Part shown: piece by piece, positions 21,965 to 35,184 of the stretch
Layout: each line of letters starts with the position of its first letter
How positions within the stretch are numbered: position 1 is the stretch's first letter
Translations under genes and position numbers: made by a program
The notes under the pieces: generated by a model
Told to the model about the DNA's origin: nothing
The model's database searches: none
Seen by the model: only the letters and a program-made list of their open reading frames with translations
DNA from: an uncultured delta proteobacterium
GTDB lineage: Bacteria > Desulfobacterota > Syntrophia > Syntrophales > Smithellaceae
Direction of reading: 5' to 3'
Assembly: GCA_963753975.1 (NCBI GenBank)
Contig: CAVWEH010000002.1
Span: 64,001 to 128,000, forward strand
DNA length: 64,000 nucleotides

Positions 21965-22160
21965 AGCTTAAACTGTGGCAAGGAAGAGGCGACACAGACG
22001 CATAGTATCATACGTCGAGGAACCGATAACGGTGACAACAAAGATAGCACTGTGATCGGTGGCGCATTCCCGTCAGGGGAACGCATAATAAAATAAGACT
22101 TACCTTGCCGAGAATTTTTGCCTACATGGCGAAAAATTCCTTTAGAATTGGAATTAATTC

Positions 22161-24776
<2,616 letters not shown>

Positions 24777-24901
24777 ATATTTTTAAAGAAAGACCGTCAT
24801 TTCCGCCCCGCATGCGTCAGGTCAAACTTTGGCGGGAATTATGGAAGTCGACAGCAATTTGTCTGAAAAGCAGTTTATAATTTGGTGATGTCTCTAGGCA
24901 A

Positions 24902-26002
24902 TCATTTGGGCATCCAACCCAGTCCTTTGGCGTGCAGGCTCTGGATGTAGAGACGGTCAGCGGTCTCCGTCACTCCTGTAGTTTCCGGGTAAGCGCCGCT
25001 GGGGTCCTGTAAATCATCGACAACCTTGCCGTCTTCCGTGAAAGCAAATACATGGCCGTAAGCTTTGGGCACCGGCCACATCGCTCGCGGCAGGCGCAGG
25101 ATCAGCTTGCGCAGGAGGGGTTTGGTCATCATCTTATCGGCGGCGGGATTGCGTGGTTTTACTAAGCCCACCCAGATTTTACCGTTTAGTCCTCGCATCA
25201 GATTGTCGGGATAACCGGGCAGGTTGTCAAAAAGCACTTTGGTAAGTTTGCTCGGATTCGAAATATCCAGATCTCTCGCGTTTACAGAAATCTTCCACAC
25301 CCTGTATTTTCCCGTTTCATTAACGAAAAGCGTTTTTTCATCCTGGCTTAGGGCCACGCCGTTGGCAAAACTAAAGCCTTTGGCGACGACACGGGTAATT
25401 TTCTTTGTCGGGTCGTATTCCAGAATACGGCCGGTTGATGACTGTTCCATAATATCCAGCACGCTGGCTTCGAATGTTCCGCCCCAATCTTTGGGCGCGA
25501 AACGGGTGGATGCGTCACTGAAATATATTTTGCCGGATTTAGCCACGACCACAGCGTCGGCATAGCGGATAGGATTTCTGTAAACTTTATCGGTCAGAAC
25601 AGTGATCTTTCTTCCGGGACTGATTGAGAGCAGTCCTTTGTTGACATCGGCGGCGATCAGGTTTCCGGATGTGTCAAAATCAAAACCAAGCACTCGTCCG
25701 CCGGTATTTACAAATACCTCTTGCTTGCTGCCATCCGGATTCATGCGCAGGATGTTACCACTGGCGACTGTGGTGTAAAGTTTGCCGTCTTTGCCGATGG
25801 CGATGTGCTCCGGTCCTTCTTCCTTGCCCAGAGAAATCATTTTAAGATTGGCGAGCTTGGTGTTGACTGCGTAAGGACCTACATAGCCTGGCGGCATGGG
25901 CGCATCCCAGCTGATAGGTTTAATCGGCACCGGCCACAAAAGTAAATAAGCGGCGGCCAGCAAAAACAAAGGGGTTATAATAGTCACAACAATTTTCTTC
26001 AT
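24902..26002 (-). CDS. Strictosidine synthase-like / SMP-30 gluconolactonase beta-propeller
   Basis: GPEHI, GGRVLG, IYFSDAS, FANGVAL, LPGYPDN; N-terminal anchor. Confidence 0.88.
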   Translation of the reverse strand: MKKIVVTIITPLFLLAAAYLLLWPVPIKPISWDAPMPPGYVGPYAVNTKLANLKMISLGKEEGPEHIAIGKDGKLYTTVASGNILRMNPDGSKQEVFVNTGGRVLGFDFDTSGNLIAADVNKGLLSISPGRKITVLTDKVYRNPIRYADAVVVAKSGKIYFSDASTRFAPKDWGGTFEASVLDIMEQSSTGRILEYDPTKKITRVVAKGFSFANGVALSQDEKTLFVNETGKYRVWKISVNARDLDISNPSKLTKVLFDNLPGYPDNLMRGLNGKIWVGLVKPRNPAADKMMTKPLLRKLILRLPRAMWPVPKAYGHVFAFTEDGKVVDDLQDPSGAYPETTGVTETADRLYIQSLHAKGLGWMPK

Positions 26003-26051
26003 GATGCCTCTTCAATAATTCATAGGGTATTCAGAAAGTTAGCACGATATC

Positions 26052-27624
26052 CTAAAGTGGGATATTGTTATGTTTCTTGGATACCCTTATTTCTTTTTTA
26101 TCTTTCAGCCCCTCCAGAAGGGCAATGATTTTTTTTCGGGTGTCGCGCGGGACAATTATTTCTTCGATGATGCCCAGCGATGCTGCGAAATACGGATTAT
26201 TGAATTTTTCTTCATAGGCGGCAACAAGTTCCGCCCTTTTGGCCGCGGGGTCCTTGGCGGCGGAAATCTCTGTACGGTAAATGATATTGCAGGCACCTTC
26301 CGCGCCCATGACGGCGATTTCGGCTGTCGGCCAGGCCATGACATAATCCGCCCCCAACTGCTTACTGCACATGCCGAGATACGCTCCGCCGTATGCTTTG
26401 CGAATGATGACCGTTATTTTCGGCACCGTCGCTTCCGAATAAGCGTGAAGAAGTTTGGCACCGTGGCGGATGATGCCCGCCCATTCCTGATTGGTACCCG
26501 GCATGTAACCGGGAACATCGGTAAAAGTTAAAAGGGGAATATTAAAAGCATCGCAGAAGCGAATAAAACGCGAAGCTTTATCGGAAGCGTTTACATCCAG
26601 AACACCGGCTAAAAAACGTGGATTATTGGCGATGACGCCCACCGGCTTCCCCATGATGCGGATAAAAGCGACAATAATATTTTGCGCCCAAAGATCATGC
26701 AGCTCAAATATTTCGTTATTATCGGCAACGGCCTTGATGATTTTTTTCATATCATAAGCCCGATTGCCTTTATCGGGAATGAACGTGTCCAGTTCCGAGC
26801 ACATTCTTTCCGCGCTATCGGTGCAATTTACTACCGGCAGAGGAGAGTGGCAGCTGTCGGGAAGGAAGGAAAGCAGACTTTTTATTTTATGCAAGGCAAT
26901 CTGTGTCATTTTCCGTGACAAAATGGCAGACGCCGCTTTTCGTCGCATGCGCTACTGCTCCGCCCAATTCATCGTGAGTGACTTCTTCACCGATAACCGC
27001 TTTAATGACATCCGGTCCGGTGATGTACATATAGGAACTTTCTTTCACCATAAAGACCCAATCGGTAAGGGCCGGGGAGTAAACAGCGCCGCCGGCTGTT
27101 GGTCCCATGATGGCCGTAATCTGCGGAATGTAGCCGGAGCCGATAGTGTTGCGGTAAAATATTCCGCCGTAACCTTCGAGGGCTGGAACGCCTTCCTGAA
27201 TGCGCGCGCCGCCGGAATCGTTAAGGGCTACGAATGGTTTTTGGGCGGCAATGGCCATATCCATAACTTTCCATATTTTCTTCGCGTGCATTTCGCCGAG
27301 GCTGCCGCCGGAGCTGGTGAAATCCTGAGCCGCCGCAAAAACAACGCGCCCGTTTACTTTGCCAAAGCCGGTAATAACACCGTCGGAAGGGATTTCTTTT
27401 TTATCCAGACCAAAGAGGGTAGAGCGATGCTGAACAAAAAGCTGAACTTCCTGAAAAGTACCTTTATCAAATAATAAATCCAGACGTTCACGAGAGGTGA
27501 GCTTGCCGCCTTCATGTTGCTTTTTTATTTGCTTTTCGCCGCCCATCATTCTTATGGTTTGACTTTTTTTCTCAAACTCTTTAATTTTGCCTTGTGTTGT
27601 CGCTTTTTGTAAATCGTCACTCAT
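26052..27624 (-). CDS. Acyl-CoA carboxylase/decarboxylase carboxyltransferase subunit (PccB/MmdA-like); +1 frameshift at ~26889
   Basis: DSGGARIQEG, GGAVYSPA, ITGPDVI, DVPGYMPG, RKAYGGAY, KKHNNIPL over two ORFs. Confidence 0.9.
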
Positions 27625-27885
27625 AAATTCTCTCCATTTCCTTCAACAATTTTTCTAATTAGACCAGTACGAATTTGGAAGCGGTATCACTATAAGTGTT
27701 CAATGTTAAACAGAAATATTTTTGATTTGGGGCAATACTAGCGTTTTTGAGTGAAACTGGCAAGAAAAAATGATGAAATTTAACGAGAAAATTACTGGGA
27801 AGAAAAAGGGGAAATTAAAACTTCTTCTTTATTTTTTTGCGCAAACCGAATAAATTCCTGAACGGAAAAAGTTTTAGGAAGAACT

Positions 27886-28624
27886 ATGCGCAATTTTAAA
27901 ATGATTGTGGAATATGACGGCACTGCTTATTGCGGCTGGCAAAGGCAGGAAAACGGCTTGACGATTCAACAGGTACTGGAGGAAGCAATTCAGCTTATTA
28001 CGGGCGAAAAAGTGACCGTTATCGGTTCCGGCAGGACGGATGCCGGAGTGCATGCGCTTAAATCAAGTGGCGCACTTCAAGAGCTCTAGCCGCTTACCCG
28101 TCAATAATATATATCGCGGAATTAACAGCGTATTACCGCCGGATATTGTGGTCAAAGAATTGGAAGAAGTTAAGGATGATTTTCACGCCCAGCATGACGT
28201 TAAAAGCAAAGTCTATATGTATAAGATATGCAATCAGCGAATGCGACCGGCACTGGGAAGAAATTTTTTCTGGTTCATTCGTTTTCCGCTGGATTTAGCA
28301 TTGATGAAAAAAGCGTCTCGCTATTTAATCGGCACGCATGATTTTTCCTGCTTTTGCGCCACCGGTACGGATGTTAAAGACCGCGTGCGGACGATTATTG
28401 ATATGGAAATAAGAACGGCCGATGATGGGCTGATCGAAATTAAATTGGAATCTCACGGCTTTTTAAAATATATGGTGAGGAACATCATCGGCACGCTGGT
28501 TGAAGTTGGCCGCGGTAAACGAAAACCTGAAGAAATGAAGGTAATTATTGAATCCAGAAACAGAAAAATTGCCGGAGTTACAGCGCCTGCCTGCGGCCTG
28601 TTTTTGAAGGAGGTCAAATACTAA
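27886..28624 (+). CDS. truA: tRNA pseudouridine(38-40) synthase; +1 frameshift at ~28060
   Basis: [40 protein letters not shown]. Confidence 0.93.
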
Positions 28625-28626
28625 AA

Positions 28627-29478
28627 ATGAGAATATTGCTGTTGGGTCATAAAGGAATGCTGGGAAGCGACCTTCTTTTAAAACTTAGTTTACAGCATGA
28701 AGTTGTCGGGATGGATAAAGAGGAAATTGATATTGTTTCCGCAGAAGAATGCGTCAAGGCGATTAAAGAGTCAAAACCGGATATTGTCATCAACGCCGCC
28801 GCTTATACCAATGTTGATGGCTGCGAATCGGCCAAAGAAGAATGTTTTGCGATTAATGCCGAAGCCGTAAAAAATATTGCCGAGGCCTGCCGCAATAAAA
28901 ATATCCGCATCATCCATTTCAGCACGGACTATGTTTTTGACGGCACAGCCGGGAAGCCCTACAAAGAAGACGATAAATGCAATCCCATCAATGTCTATGG
29001 AGAATCCAAGTTGGCGGGAGAAAGTTATCTGCAATCTCTGGCGGATGATTACATTCTGATTCGCACTTCCTGGTTATACGGAGTGAAGGGCAAAAACTTT
29101 GTGCAGGCGATCTTGGAAAAAGCAAAAACAACACCGACACTTTCGGTTGTCGATGATCAGACAGGCTCTCCTACCTACACGAAAGATTTGGCGGCGGCGG
29201 TAGATTTACTGATTTCCCAAAACGTTAAAGGAATTTTTCATATAACCAACAGGGGCAGTTGCAGTTGGTATCAGTTTGCCGTGAAGATTTTGCAGGAATC
29301 CGGTTTAGATGATGTTAAGGTTATACCTATTAAATTCGATAAACTCCAAAGACCGGCTCTGCGTCCAGCGTATAGCGTTTTGAGCATGCAAAAATTTATT
29401 ACGACTACGGGAAAAACAATGCAGCCCTGGCAGTTGGCTTTACAAGATTATCTGAAAAGTATTAAGCAGTTGAATTAA
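28627..29478 (+). CDS. rfbD: dTDP-4-dehydrorhamnose reductase
   Basis: GHKGMLG, NAAAYTNVD, STDYVFDG, YGESK, DQTGSPT. Confidence 0.93.
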   Translation: MRILLLGHKGMLGSDLLLKLSLQHEVVGMDKEEIDIVSAEECVKAIKESKPDIVINAAAYTNVDGCESAKEECFAINAEAVKNIAEACRNKNIRIIHFSTDYVFDGTAGKPYKEDDKCNPINVYGESKLAGESYLQSLADDYILIRTSWLYGVKGKNFVQAILEKAKTTPTLSVVDDQTGSPTYTKDLAAAVDLLISQNVKGIFHITNRGSCSWYQFAVKILQESGLDDVKVIPIKFDKLQRPALRPAYSVLSMQKFITTTGKTMQPWQLALQDYLKSIKQLN

Positions 29479-29795
29479 TTAGCCTTGACACCGAAGTCCG
29501 ATTTAATTAAGTCAATCATCAACTTGACTTCTCAATTTAATCAGCAATACGGCGGAAATGCAGAGTTTTTCCACGATTTAAATTGATGCCCGCCACAACT
29601 GGTGGGGCTCTGACTCCGCCGGATCAAAATGCTATCTGGGACGAGAACATTAATATCAAACACTGGCTGGAAAAGGAAGAAAACAAAGCTTTCCGGGAAA
29701 AGAAATGATAAGGCGGCTGATTTAACATGGCTATGACCCGTGGCAATGGCATTCGATAATTTGTACAGCGACGAGCAGACATTAGGTTTCTTCAA

Positions 29796-32700
29796 ATGTC
29801 AAATTTACTTGAAATCACTGGCAATGACATAGCTCAGCTTGACGATACTGACCTTCGCGCATTAATCGGTTTGCTGTGTGAGGCAGATTATCGTTCAGCA
29901 GGTCTTCCTACTAAAGGAGTAATGTGGGGTGGTCATCAAGATGCTAGTGATGGTGGTTTAGATGTGGTTATTCGTAGCGAAACACCGCCGCCAACCAATA
30001 GCTTTATTCCTAGGAGCATAACAGGCTTTCAAGTAAAGAAGCCTGATATGTCCAGAGCAAAGATACTCAAGGAAATGAAGCCCAATGATATTTTACGGCA
30101 GGAAATCAAAGCTCTTATTGAAAAAAGTGGGGCATATATCATTGTCAGTTCAAAAGCATCTACAACCGACACGACCTTTAAAAATCGCACTGATGCCATG
30201 AAAGAGGCTATCGCAAATGAAAGTAATAACCAAAATCTTCACGTGGAATTCTTGGATTGTGGACGTGTGGCAACATGGGTACGCACACACCCTTCACTGA
30301 TCTTATGGGTCCGCAATAGGATTGGGCGTCAGTTGAGCGGTTGGCGTCCTTATGAAAATTGGGCAAAGACTCCCAATGGTATTGATGATGAGTATCTTTT
30401 GGATAAAGGATTAAGACTTCATGATGGGACTAAACCTACTACTGATAATGGACTTTCTGTTGAAGATGGCTTGCAAAGGCTCAGAAATATCCTTTCTATA
30501 CCCCGAACATCTATTCGTTTAATTGGCTTATCGGGTGTTGGAAAAACACGCCTGATTCAGGCTCTATTTGATGAAAGAATAGGCAAGCACCCTCTCTATC
30601 GTAATCAGGCATTCTATACGGACATGTCCGATAATCCTGATCCTGATCCTGGATTCTTTGCGAATAACCTTATTGCTGAAAAAACAAGGGCGATATTAAT
30701 TATTGATAACTGTCCTTCTGATTTGCATCATCGTCTAACAAGCGCCTGTTCTGCCACACATAGTAATGTTAGTTTGCTGACAGTTGAATATGACGTTCGT
30801 GATGACCTTCCAGAGGAAACAAGTGTATTCAGGTTGGAGCCAGCCAGTGAAGAGATCATTGAACGACTGATAAGAAAGCGCTTTTCGCATATCAGCCAAG
30901 TTGATGCCCAGACAATTGCAAAAGTTTCGGGGGGTAATGCACGTTTAGCAATTGCACTTGCCAATACGATGCAACAAGGTGAAAGCTTGTCGGGTTTTCG
31001 TAATGAAGAATTATTCGAAAGACTTTTCTGGCAGCGACATGCATTAAATGAAAACCTGCTTATTTCTGCAGAAGCATGTTCTCTTGTTTATTCATTTGAA
31101 GGCACGGATGTGGATTCAGAAAATTCTGAGCTTCGCTTATTAGCGTCCATTATTGGAAAGTCGGGTGCCGATCTTTATAGAGACGTTAAAAAGATTAAAG
31201 ACAGAGATCTGCTACAAGCGCGTGGTGTATGGCGAGCCCTGCTTCCACAAGCACTTGCCAATCGGCTTGCCAAACAGGCTCTTGAATCCATACCAAAAAA
31301 CACAATTGTTGATACTTTTTTATATAGTAAATCAGAACGTATAATAAAGTCATTTACCAGACGTCTTAATTTCCTTCATGATTGCGATCCAGCCATACAA
31401 ATAGTCAATGAGTGGCTGGCGCATGATGGTTGGCTTGGAAAAGAGAATTGTAACTTTAGTGCCTTTGGAATGGAGATATTCAGAAACATTGCTCCAGTTT
31501 CTCCAGAAAAAGCATTAGAAGCGATTGAACGAGCCGCAAATGGTGATAATGGTCAGCAATTTACTACGAGAGAAAACACCCACTATTATAGATTTGTAAA
31601 TCTATTGAGGCATCTGGCATACGATCCTGAGTTATTTAACAGAAGCATACAACTTATGTGCCGTTACGCACTTTCGGAAAAGCCTGATGAAAAGAATAAC
31701 TCTACACGTGATGCCGTTAAGTCTCTTTTTTATATTCAACTGTCAGGTACTCATGCCTCGGTTGAAGCAAGGGCAAAAGTCATTCAGGACTTACTAGATT
31801 CCGCCGATCAGGATAAGCAGGACTTAGGACTTACTCTTCTAGATGCAACATTAGAAACGTGGCGCTTTAGCTCATTTCATGAGTTTGATTTTGGAGTGCG
31901 ACCAAGAGATTTTGGGTATCAGCCAAAAACCAGCAAGGAAATTAGCCAGTGGTATGAAACATTTATAAATATCTGTACGAGCGTTGCCCTTTCGGGTCAA
32001 CCGATATCTCAAAAGGCGAAAAAAGTCCTATCCGATAATCTACGTGGCTTATGGACAAATGCACACATGTTTGATGTTTTGAAGAAATCAATCAAAAGCA
32101 TTCATGAACAAGAAGCATGGAATGAAGGCTGGATCGCTATACGCGGAATACTACGATATGACAGTTCGCTCTTTAAAAAGAACATTTTAGAAAGACTGCG
32201 TGGGTTAGAAAAACTCATAAGGCCTAGTGATCTTTTGGAACGTGCACGTACTTTCGCATTATCAGACGAACATCACGCCTTCGATTTGGAAGATGATATT
32301 GATGATACTAAGGATGCCTCTGAAGGCTGGCGGCGCGTTCAGGATACTACGTATAAAATTGGGTCTCAAGTTGCTAAAGACGCACATGTGTTTACTGTTT
32401 TATTGCCAGAACTTGTCTCTAAGCATAATACAAGGCTTTACAGTTTTGGTAGAGGGCTTGCAGATGGTTGTAGTAATAAACAGGAACTTTGGCAGGCTTT
32501 TCGCAACCAGGTTGAAAAGACACCGACTGAGAAGAGACAGATTGGGGTAATCCAAGGATTTCTGTCGGCATGTGCGGAGAGTGATTCTGTGTTTTATAAT
32601 TCAACATTAGATAATTTGATAAATGATGACTTGCTTGGTGTATGGTTCCCTATCTTTCAAACAACCTCAACTATTGATAAAAGAGGCGTTGAAAGATTAA

Positions 32701-33635
32701 AAAAAGCCCTAGATAATGGAAAGGCGAATATCCTTGATTTCCAATATATTGCTTATGGGCGTGCTCATGAGTCCATAAGTGATGATGATCTTGCTGACAT
32801 TTTGGGGAAAATCATTGCTAAAGAAGAAGGTGTCCGCGTTGCAATTGAAATCATGACAATGAGATTCCATAGACCGAAGGGAGAATATCGCGAATATTCA
32901 AGTAATTTAATTAAGATGGCCCGTGATATTCTGACGATGTATTCATTTTCCGGAGAACGCGGAAATCGTGGTGATCGTGATTATGCTTTGGCACAAATCG
33001 CCAGTACTTGCCTTAATGGTCAAGAAGGTTTTAATGCAGCCACTGAAATATGCCAACACTTTGCAGCATCAATCACTGATAACTGTATTTATGCCTTCGA
33101 CTATCCTGATTTATTAAATATCATTGCGCGTGATCAACCCTTTGTGTTTCTAAACACGTTTATTGAAAATGATGAGATAAGAGGCTACCAGCGACGCAGG
33201 ATGTTTATAGATGATTTCGAAAGACGAAGGAATCCTCTCGATCAAATTTCTGATGACGATCTTTTATCTTGGTGTGATGAAGACCCTCAAAAGCGTTACC
33301 CCTTAATTACATCATCAATACAAACTTATACAAAATCAACGGAAGCAAACGGATTAGTATGGAGACCCATTATCTATTCTATCTTTGAAAAAGCACCAGA
33401 TTTAGGAATTATATTTAAGAATCTTGCGGATTCAATGAGACCAACAGCGTGGATGGGTTCATTGGTAGATATTTTACAGAAGCGATCCACTCTGTTTTAT
33501 GATCTCATCCAGCACGGCAATACGGAGATTAGCTCTTGGGCTAAAGGTCAGTATGCGGCACTGCAGGAAACAATAAAAAGAGAGCGTGAACAGGAAGGGC
33601 ATCATAACCGTGAACGAAATGAGAGCTTTGAGTAA
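29796..33635 (+). CDS. 1279-aa protein: N-terminal PD-(D/E)xK-like nuclease, STAND-type P-loop NTPase, long helical C-terminus; putative antiphage protein
   Basis: DGGLD...FQVK; Walker A GLSGVGKT; Walker B ILIIDNC; SGGNAR at the GxP-equivalent position. Confidence 0.75.
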   Translation: MSNLLEITGNDIAQLDDTDLRALIGLLCEADYRSAGLPTKGVMWGGHQDASDGGLDVVIRSETPPPTNSFIPRSITGFQVKKPDMSRAKILKEMKPNDILRQEIKALIEKSGAYIIVSSKASTTDTTFKNRTDAMKEAIANESNNQNLHVEFLDCGRVATWVRTHPSLILWVRNRIGRQLSGWRPYENWAKTPNGIDDEYLLDKGLRLHDGTKPTTDNGLSVEDGLQRLRNILSIPRTSIRLIGLSGVGKTRLIQALFDERIGKHPLYRNQAFYTDMSDNPDPDPGFFANNLIAEKTRAILIIDNCPSDLHHRLTSACSATHSNVSLLTVEYDVRDDLPEETSVFRLEPASEEIIERLIRKRFSHISQVDAQTIAKVSGGNARLAIALANTMQQGESLSGFRNEELFERLFWQRHALNENLLISAEACSLVYSFEGTDVDSENSELRLLASIIGKSGADLYRDVKKIKDRDLLQARGVWRALLPQALANRLAKQALESIPKNTIVDTFLYSKSERIIKSFTRRLNFLHDCDPAIQIVNEWLAHDGWLGKENCNFSAFGMEIFRNIAPVSPEKALEAIERAANGDNGQQFTTRENTHYYRFVNLLRHLAYDPELFNRSIQLMCRYALSEKPDEKNNSTRDAVKSLFYIQLSGTHASVEARAKVIQDLLDSADQDKQDLGLTLLDATLETWRFSSFHEFDFGVRPRDFGYQPKTSKEISQWYETFINICTSVALSGQPISQKAKKVLSDNLRGLWTNAHMFDVLKKSIKSIHEQEAWNEGWIAIRGILRYDSSLFKKNILERLRGLEKLIRPSDLLERARTFALSDEHHAFDLEDDIDDTKDASEGWRRVQDTTYKIGSQVAKDAHVFTVLLPELVSKHNTRLYSFGRGLADGCSNKQELWQAFRNQVEKTPTEKRQIGVIQGFLSACAESDSVFYNSTLDNLINDDLLGVWFPIFQTTSTIDKRGVERLKKALDNGKANILDFQYIAYGRAHESISDDDLADILGKIIAKEEGVRVAIEIMTMRFHRPKGEYREYSSNLIKMARDILTMYSFSGERGNRGDRDYALAQIASTCLNGQEGFNAATEICQHFAASITDNCIYAFDYPDLLNIIARDQPFVFLNTFIENDEIRGYQRRRMFIDDFERRRNPLDQISDDDLLSWCDEDPQKRYPLITSSIQTYTKSTEANGLVWRPIIYSIFEKAPDLGIIFKNLADSMRPTAWMGSLVDILQKRSTLFYDLIQHGNTEISSWAKGQYAALQETIKREREQEGHHNRERNESFE

Positions 33636-33874
33636 AATACTTGTGTGAACTTGAGTAATAAAGTTATGACTATATTGCCATTATTAAATTCTCGTCTGCA
33701 CAGGGAATAAGAAATGCGATACCCGTTGTCAAAATAGTGGCGCTGAAAACGAAATTTAATTCCTATTGCAACGCAGGCTGGATTTTGTTATTTTGATAAA
33801 GATTTAAAGAAGGCTTAATCTGTCTTTGCATGACATATGGTTTATGGGAAAACATCCAAAAGGGAGGAAATAAT

Positions 33875-34967
33875 ATGAAGGCAAAATTCATATCGATATT
33901 TATAATACTTGGTCTGTTACTCCTTTTTGCGGGAGCAGGTATTTGCCAGGAAAAAGTCGGCATGAACGACTTGGTGGAAAAATTCAATCAAGGTTCTATT
34001 AACTGGACTGCTGGTTATATTGAAGCTCTTGGCATTGGCGCTCCTTCGGATAAATACGTCGGTAAAATCAATATGCGTCCGATGGCTCTGCGCGCAGCAA
34101 AAATTGACGCCTTCACGCAATTTATTGGAAATAGCCAAAGGTGTTCAAGTTGATTCGAGAACCACCGTTAGAGACTTCGCAGCGAAAAGCGATGTTATTA
34201 ATACGCAGGTGAGCCGTCTTGTACAGGGTGCTGTAGTCGCAGATCAGGAATATATCTCCGATGGAACGGTCGAAGTTAAATTAAGAATGCCCCTTTACGG
34301 AGATTTAGCGCAAGTAGTTTTACCGGCGACGATTGAAAGGCGCAAAGAAGTAAAGGAACAGGAAAAGCCTGCCGCGCCTGCTCCGCCTCCAGCCACACCG
34401 TCTGCGGTAACACCACCTGCTCCTTCCGCAGCGGAAGCACCAGCACCAGCGCACTCCAGCCAGCAGCCGCCAGCTCCTGTTGCACCTGCTTCGGCTGTAA
34501 CAGCTTCCCCCGTCCCGCCGGCACCTGCTCCGCCTGTGGCCGCGCCATCGGCATCACCTGCTTCTTCCACAGCGGAAATAGCAGCACCAGCGCCCGCTCC
34601 GCCTGCGGCCGCACCTTCTGCGCCTGTTGTTTATACAGGCATGGTTGTAGATGCCCGCGGAATTCAGGCCCGTCCGGCAATGTCGCCCCGCATCTTCGAT
34701 GAAGACGGAAAAGAAGTTTATGGCTCCGCCAATGTTGACCGTGAATTTGCGGTAAAGCAGGGCATAAGCGGTTACACACGTGACCTTAGCGCCGCCCAGA
34801 GTAACCAGAGGGTAGCGGCAAATCCCGTGACGGTTAAGGCGCTGAGAACATCCGGCCCCGGCAAATCCGATCTCGTTATCAGTAATGCCGATGCACAGCA
34901 AATAAGAGCTTTGGCGGAAAGTGCCGCGTTTATGAAACAGTGTCGAGTGATGATTGTTCTGGACTAA
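33875..34967 (+). CDS. Exported LPP20-like protein with Pro/Ala-rich linker; +1 frameshift at ~34115
   Basis: Signal peptide, GSINW..GYIEALG, ALRAAKIDA.RNLLE, YTGMVVDARG; SD gggagg. Confidence 0.75.
34368..34626 (+). repeat. Low-complexity Pro/Ala coding repeat
   Basis: ~85 aa of imperfect APAPP/APSA units. Confidence 0.8.
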
Positions 34968-34997
34968 AAGAAGAATCTCAGTTCGCGCAAGCTTGAA

Positions 34998-35044
34998 AAA
35001 AACAGCCGCAGTCACGAAGGTATTTGGTGGCTGCGGCTGTTTTT
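34998..35044. terminator. Bidirectional intrinsic terminator
   Basis: aaaaacagccgcagtcac...gtggctgcggctgttttt. Confidence 0.75.
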
Positions 35045-35082
35045 CTGATTATAGATCAAAGTCATTTATTTAAGCACCATTA

Positions 35083-35168
35083 CTCCCCTCTTTATTAAAG
35101 AGGGGGTGGGGGAGATTTTTAGACGCCAATAAAATCCCCCTGTATCCCCTTTTATTAAGGGGGGATTT
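35083..35168. repeat. REP-like palindrome doublet in inverted orientation
   Basis: cccctcttt-att-aaagagggg and tcccctttt-att-aagggggga. Confidence 0.7.
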
Positions 35169-35184
35169 GCAGAGGAAATAGATA

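Noticed and set aside
26764..27474. 236-aa plus-strand ORF
   Set aside because: Antisense shadow of the carboxyltransferase gene with no motifs; the same applies to most short overlapping ORFs in the track.
29479..33874. Integrative element or transposon around the STAND gene
   Set aside because: No integrase, transposase, tRNA, terminal repeats or target duplication seen.
34276..35015. Minus-strand Gly/Ala-rich ORFs
   Set aside because: Antisense products of the Pro/Ala low-complexity region.
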